Source: an uncultured Verrucomicrobiae bacterium
GTDB taxonomy: Bacteria > Verrucomicrobiota > Verrucomicrobiia > Chthoniobacterales > UBA10450
NCBI GenBank assembly: GCA_963726745.1
Contig: CAVSDR010000005.1
Location: 108,056 to 172,055 of the forward strand
Direction of reading: 5' to 3'
DNA length: 64,000 nucleotides
Below, piece after piece: positions 59,381-64,000 of this stretch (position 1 is its first letter; each line of letters starts with the position of its first letter). The position numbers and the translations under genes are program-made. The notes under the pieces are model-generated. The model had not been told where the DNA came from. It made no database searches and saw nothing but the letters and a program-made list of their open reading frames with translations.

Positions 59381-60920
59381 TCACTTGTGCCGCTGCAGGA
59401 AGCGGTGCACGTCCTCGGCCAGTTTCGGGCCGATTCCCTCGGTCTGCGCGATCTGCTCGACGCTCGCTTTGCGCAGGCGATTGACCGAGCCAAACGCGCG
59501 CAGGAGGAGATTCTTGCGGTTCTGGCTCACGCCCGGGCAATCATCCAGCAAGCTCTCGCCGATCCGCTTCTTCATCAGCAATTGGTGGTAGCCGTTGGCG
59601 AACCGATGCGCCTCGTCGCGGATGCGCTGGAGCAACCGGAGCGCGCCCGAATCGGCCGGTAATTGCAACGGCAGCGCGCGGCCCGGCCGATAAATTTCCT
59701 CAAACTCCTTTGCCAGGCCGATGATCGGCAGCTCGTGCAGCCCGAGCCGCTGGAGCTCCTTGCAGGCGGAGGAGAGCTGGCCTTTGCCGCCATCGACGAT
59801 GATGAGATCGGGCAGCCGCACGCTGGTGAATTTCGCACGCTCGAGCGCTTCCGCCGGATTCTCCTGCGAGAACTCCGCGGTCTCCGGATCGACCGCGCGC
59901 GCCTGCAGGAGCACGCGCGAATACCGCCGCCTAACGACCTCGGCCATGCTCGCGAAATCGTCCTGGCCGGCAACCGTGCGGATGCGGTAGCGGCGGTAGT
60001 TGTTCTTGTCCGGGACGCCGTCGCGGAAGCAAACCATCGAGGCAACGACGTGCGTGGTGGAAATATTCGAGATGTCGAAGCACTCCATGACCGCGGGCGC
60101 GCGCTCGAGCTGGAGCGCGTCGCGCAACGCCTCCACATCTTTCGCCGGATTGATCGTGCTCGGGAGGCTGTGGCGGGTGAAGCGCCGCATTGGCTTGGTC
60201 GTGCGCTTCAAGTCCTCGAGCATGTTTCGCAATTCGGCGGCCTTCTCGAAATCGAGCTTCTCGGCCGCTTTCTTCATCTCCTCTTCGACCGCGCCGATCA
60301 TTTCCCGCGAGTGTCCCTCGAGGAAATCGCAGGCCTGGGCCACGCGCTCGCGGTATTGCTCCGCGGTCGTATCGCTCAAGCGCACCGGCACCTGATAGGT
60401 CGAGGACTTCAGCTCGCGCGCTGTCGGCGAGCCGCGGCCAAAGGTGAGCACGCCGAATTTCTTGCGCATGAAGTTCAACGTCTGCCGCAGCGCGCCGGCG
60501 TGCGCATACGGCCCGAAATAGCGCGCATTATCGTCCTTCTTGAAACGCGCCAAACGGAAGCGCGGCCATTCCTCGCGTCGGGTCGACTTTGACCACGAGG
60601 AAGCGTTTGTCGTCGCGGAAGGAAACGTTGTAACGCGGGCGGAATTCCTTGATCAGCTTCCCTTCGAGCAGAAGCGATTCGGGCTCGCTCGCGACCGTAT
60701 GGAATTCAAAATCCCAGACCGCCTCGAGCAGCGCGCGCGTCTTCAAGTCCGCCTGCGCCATGCGCGACGGGAGAAAGTAGGAGCCGACCCGCTTCCGGAG
60801 ATCGCGCGCCTTGCCCACGTAGATCACGCGATTGAAACGATCGCGCATCAAGTAGACGCCGGGCTTGTGCGGCACCTCGTGCATCCGCTTCGCCAGGTCG
60901 GGCTTTTCCTTGGTCGCCAT
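59381..60920 (-). pseudogene. uvrC: excinuclease ABC subunit C with 1-nt frameshift after the GIY-YIG domain
   Basis: ORF 60528..60920 is the GIY-YIG domain (GVYLMRDRFNRVIYVGKARDLRKRV..) and ends ..KVDPTRGMAALPF..*. ORF 59381..60553 continues ..ARFKKDDNARYFGPYAHAGALRQTL.. through the C-terminal HhH (..QIAQTEGIGPKLAEDV). Confidence 0.9.
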
Positions 60921-60923
60921 TCG

Positions 60924-62018
60924 TTAGGCCACGGCGGCGCGCGCCCGTCGTTTTGGCATCGCGCTGTGCACCATCATCAGCTCGGTCACGTTCTCCGGCG
61001 TGAGCAACCCGACCAGCCGCTGCATCTGGTCGAGCACCGGGACAGCCGGGCAATTCGATTCCTGCATGATCCGAAAGGCCTCTTCGAACGGCATCCCGCT
61101 CGAGACCGTCGGCACGCCGCGGCGCATCACGTCGGCTACCCGCAGGGCGGGATCGTCCTTCTTGAGCGCGGCGAACAAATCCTTGCGTAAAAGCACGCCG
61201 CTGACCGTCCCGTTCCCGTCGAGCACCGGGAAGTCGTGTTGCGACGTCGCCAGGAGCGCGTCGACCGCGGCGCTCAGCGGCGCGTCCGCCGGGAGCGTGC
61301 GGAATTCCCGCACCATCGCGCTCGAGACCGGCATCCCGCGCGAGACATCCCGCATTTGCGCGACCGCCGCTTCCTGCGAAGCGCCGATATAAATGAACAG
61401 CGCGATGAACAGGAGCATCGGGTTCCCGAACAAGCCGGCGAAGCCGAAGAGGAAGGCGCACGCCTGGCCGACCGTGGCCGCGATCTGGGTGGCGCGGGCG
61501 TAGTTCAACCGCGTCGCCAGGAGCGCGCGCAGGACGCGGCCGCCATCCATCGGGAAAGCAGGCAGCAAATTGAAAAGCACCAGGACGATGTTGATCGTGA
61601 GCAATTGCCGGAGCAGATCGGGCGCTTCGACCACGTTGCCGCCCACTTCGCCGCGGAAACCGGTGACCAGGAAAAGGCCGAGCGCGATCGCGACATTCAC
61701 CGCGGGTCCGGCGAGCGCGACCACCAGTTCCTGGCTCGGCTTGTCCGGCATCCGCTCCATCCGCGCGACCCCGCCGATCGGCAGGAGGGTGATATCCGGC
61801 GTCTTGATTCCGTAGGCCCGCCCGGCGATCACGTGCCCGAATTCATGCAGGAGCACGCAGAGAAAAAGCAGCAGGATGAAAAAGACGCGCGCCGCTGCCG
61901 CCGCGGTCCCGCCTTGCGAATAATAACTGAAAGCCAGCCACGCCAGCAGCAGCAGGAACGTAACGTGAATGCGCACGACGGTGCCGCCGGCGCGAAATAT
62001 GGGAATCGACCAACTCAT
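60924..62018 (-). CDS. site-2 protease family (M50) zinc metalloprotease with tandem CBS domains
   Basis: HEFGHVIAGRAYG (HExxH) in a TM helix and NLLPAFPMDGGRVL. The C-terminal CBS pair is ..REFRTLPADAPLSAAVDALLATSQHDFPVLD.. ATG 62018 (the ORF track GTG at 62051 is an alternative). Confidence 0.8.
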   Translation of the reverse strand: MSWSIPIFRAGGTVVRIHVTFLLLLAWLAFSYYSQGGTAAAAARVFFILLLFLCVLLHEFGHVIAGRAYGIKTPDITLLPIGGVARMERMPDKPSQELVVALAGPAVNVAIALGLFLVTGFRGEVGGNVVEAPDLLRQLLTINIVLVLFNLLPAFPMDGGRVLRALLATRLNYARATQIAATVGQACAFLFGFAGLFGNPMLLFIALFIYIGASQEAAVAQMRDVSRGMPVSSAMVREFRTLPADAPLSAAVDALLATSQHDFPVLDGNGTVSGVLLRKDLFAALKKDDPALRVADVMRRGVPTVSSGMPFEEAFRIMQESNCPAVPVLDQMQRLVGLLTPENVTELMMVHSAMPKRRARAAVA

Positions 62019-62086
62019 GGATTTGCTCTCGCGGGGGAAACGTATCCCCACTTCCCCGGCCGTGCATGTGCGCCGACGCTCTCCGC

Positions 62087-63109
62087 ATGTTTGACGTCGC
62101 GATCATCGGCAGCGGCCCGGCCGGCGCGACCTGCGCGCTCCTCTGCGCGCGCGCCGGTCTGCGCACGCTCCTGCTCGAGCGGGAGAAATTTCCGCGCGAG
62201 AAAGTCTGCGGCGATTGCCTGAACCCGGCCTGCCTGCCGGTGCTGGAACGTCTTGGCCTAACGAGTGCACTGGAGAGCCTGCCGCACGCGCGCCTGCGCC
62301 GGGTGGAGTTCATCGCCATCGGCGGGAAGCAGGTCGCGATCGACTTCGAGGGACGCAGCGAGATCGCGGTCAAGCGGAGCCATCTCGACCGGATGCTGAT
62401 GGAGGCGGCGCGGGCCGCGGGGGCGGAAGTGCGCGAAGGTTTCACCCTCCAGCGCGTGACTTCCGCGGGGGATGGCTGGGAATTAAACAGCGAGATCGCG
62501 GCGCGCTCGCTGGTCGCGGCGGACGGGCGGAACTCGACCGTGGCGCGCTTGCTCGGCTTGCTCCCGCGGATCGAGCGCGAGCGCGTGGCCCTGCAGACGC
62601 ACCTGAAGTTGCCGCCTGATTTTGGCGAGCGCGTGGTCCTGCATTTTTTGCCCGAAGGCTACGCCGGTTACGCGCCCGTGGGCGAAGGGCAGCTCAATCT
62701 TTGCCTCGTGAGCCGGCCGGCGGGCATGGCCGCGTTGCGCCGGTGGGCGGAGGAGCGCTTCGGCCTCACCGCGGAGCATCCCTGGCGGACGATCACGCCG
62801 TTGCGGCGCGCGCCGATCGCGCCGGGAGGTCGCCGGCTCTTTTTCGCGGGCGACGCCGCGCGCGTGGTCGAGCCGTTCACTGGCGAGGGAATTTTCTACG
62901 CGCTGCGCACCGGGGAGCTGGCCGCGATGTGCCTCGTCGATGGACGCGACTACGCCGCGGCGCACGCCGAGCTCTATCGTGGACGGCTTTGGATTAATCG
63001 TCTCGCCCGGGCTGCGGTGCTCTCGCCGCGCGCGACTTCGTTGCTCCTGCGCGCCGGCCTGGCGCACCCGAAATTACTCGGTGCGCTCACGACCAAGGTC
63101 GTCGGCTAA
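62087..63109 (+). CDS. FAD-dependent oxidoreductase, geranylgeranyl reductase family
   Basis: MFDVAIIGSGPAGATCALLCARAGLRTLLLEREKFPREKVCGDCLNP (GxGxxG + CGD) and GDAARVVEPFTGEGI. ATG 62066 is an alternative start. Confidence 0.8.
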   Translation: MFDVAIIGSGPAGATCALLCARAGLRTLLLEREKFPREKVCGDCLNPACLPVLERLGLTSALESLPHARLRRVEFIAIGGKQVAIDFEGRSEIAVKRSHLDRMLMEAARAAGAEVREGFTLQRVTSAGDGWELNSEIAARSLVAADGRNSTVARLLGLLPRIERERVALQTHLKLPPDFGERVVLHFLPEGYAGYAPVGEGQLNLCLVSRPAGMAALRRWAEERFGLTAEHPWRTITPLRRAPIAPGGRRLFFAGDAARVVEPFTGEGIFYALRTGELAAMCLVDGRDYAAAHAELYRGRLWINRLARAAVLSPRATSLLLRAGLAHPKLLGALTTKVVG

Positions 63110-63110
63110 A

Positions 63111-63998
63111 TCAGCGCATGGCCTGCTGGCAGGCTTTGACCGTGTTTGCCATCAACATCGCGATCGTCATCGGGCCGACGCCGCCGGGCACCGGGGTGAT
63201 CGCGCGGGTTTTGGGTGCGACCTCGTCAAAGGCAACATCGCCCACGAGCCGGTAACCGCGCGGCGCGCCCGCGTCTTCCACGCGATTGATCCCGACATCG
63301 ATCACGACCGCGCCCTCGCGCACGTGTTCCGCTTTGACGAAACCGGCCTGGCCGATCGCGGCGATAACGATGTCGGCCGAGCGCGTGATCTCCGCGAGGT
63401 TCCGGCTGCGCGAATGGACCACAGTCACGGTCGCGTTGGCGTTCGGCGCTTTCGCCATCAGGAGCAAGGCCAGCGGCTTGCCGACGATCATGCTCCGGCC
63501 GAGCACGACCACGTGCGCGCCGGCGATCTCGACGCCGCTCTCCGCGAGCAGGCGCTGGCAGCCAAGCGGCGTGCAAGGGACGAAGCCGCTCGCGTCGCCC
63601 ATGGCGAGCTTGGCGACGTTGAGCGGATGGAAGCCATCGACATCTTTCGCTGGGTCAAGCGCGCGCACGATCGCGGCTTCGTCGATCTGTTTCGGCGGCG
63701 GCGATTGCACGAGAATGCCGTGCACTGCGGGGTCGCGATTCAACTCGGCGACGCGCGCGAGCAGGTCTTCCTGCGTGGTCTCGGCGGGCAACTCGAGCTT
63801 GACCGAATGAAGGCCAAGGTCGCGGCACATCTTGTCCTTTGAACGGACGTAAGCGCGCGAAGCGGGATCGTCGCCGACAAGAACGACTGCGAGCCCGGGG
63901 GTGATGCCGCGCCCTTTCAGCTCCGCGATTTCGCCGCGCAGCTCCGCATAGACTTTCTCCGCAACCGCGCGGCCGTCGATCAAGTGCGCCATGCTCAC
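63111..63998 (-). CDS. folD: bifunctional methylenetetrahydrofolate dehydrogenase (NADP+)/methenyltetrahydrofolate cyclohydrolase
   Basis: 295 aa. [78 protein letters not shown]. Confidence 0.95.
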   Translation of the reverse strand: MSMAHLIDGRAVAEKVYAELRGEIAELKGRGITPGLAVVLVGDDPASRAYVRSKDKMCRDLGLHSVKLELPAETTQEDLLARVAELNRDPAVHGILVQSPPPKQIDEAAIVRALDPAKDVDGFHPLNVAKLAMGDASGFVPCTPLGCQRLLAESGVEIAGAHVVVLGRSMIVGKPLALLLMAKAPNANATVTVVHSRSRNLAEITRSADIVIAAIGQAGFVKAEHVREGAVVIDVGINRVEDAGAPRGYRLVGDVAFDEVAPKTRAITPVPGGVGPMTIAMLMANTVKACQQAMR

Positions 63999-64000
63999 AG

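Noticed and set aside
61236-63842. ORFs 61236..62222 + and 62940..63842 +
   Set aside because: They are antisense to the S2P/CBS protease and folD respectively, and their composition is typical of shadow ORFs.

Overview
High-GC (about two-thirds G+C by eye) bacterial chromosomal segment. The gene content points to a Verrucomicrobiota/Opitutales-like organism (inference only): PEP-CTERM proteins, an HAF-repeat protein, prepilin-type methylation-domain proteins, dockerin-tagged hydrolases and many GT-C/TPR membrane proteins. I call about 40 protein genes in three groups. (a) Housekeeping genes: treY (partial), argS, ptsN-like, typA, yebC-like, rho, glnE, panE, uvrA, uvrC, folD, a rhomboid protease and an S2P/CBS protease. 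(b) An ~18 kb exoprotein island (11.5-29.6 kb): an HAF-repeat protein, a tandemly duplicated 'small PEP-CTERM protein + ~1000 aa subtilase-like peptidase' module, an S8-PA-dockerin peptidase, a BNR-dockerin protein and another PEP-CTERM protein. (c) A ~14.5 kb envelope island (38.3-52.8 kb): six GT-C-like membrane proteins, a methyltransferase-GT2 fusion and three pilin-like genes. I saw no rRNA, tRNA, CRISPR array, transposase or integrase, and no recognisable defence system. Main second-look items: (1) the octamer CTCGTTAG/CTAACGAG occurs 23 times exactly, far above composition expectation. It is conserved as a DNA/RNA word rather than a peptide and is strand-biased relative to transcription. 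(2) At least 10 single-base frame disruptions hit argS, rho, uvrC and others, and all but one sit at short homopolymers. These are most likely assembly errors but need checking. (3) A ~490 bp near-identical direct repeat carries a pilin gene and brackets a DUF2079 gene, and each pilin copy has its own sigma-54-type promoter just upstream, outside the repeat. (4) The duplicated PEP-CTERM/peptidase cassette and the GT-C/pilin island are candidate functional systems (inference). The many long ORFs antisense to real genes in the ORF track are high-GC shadow ORFs.
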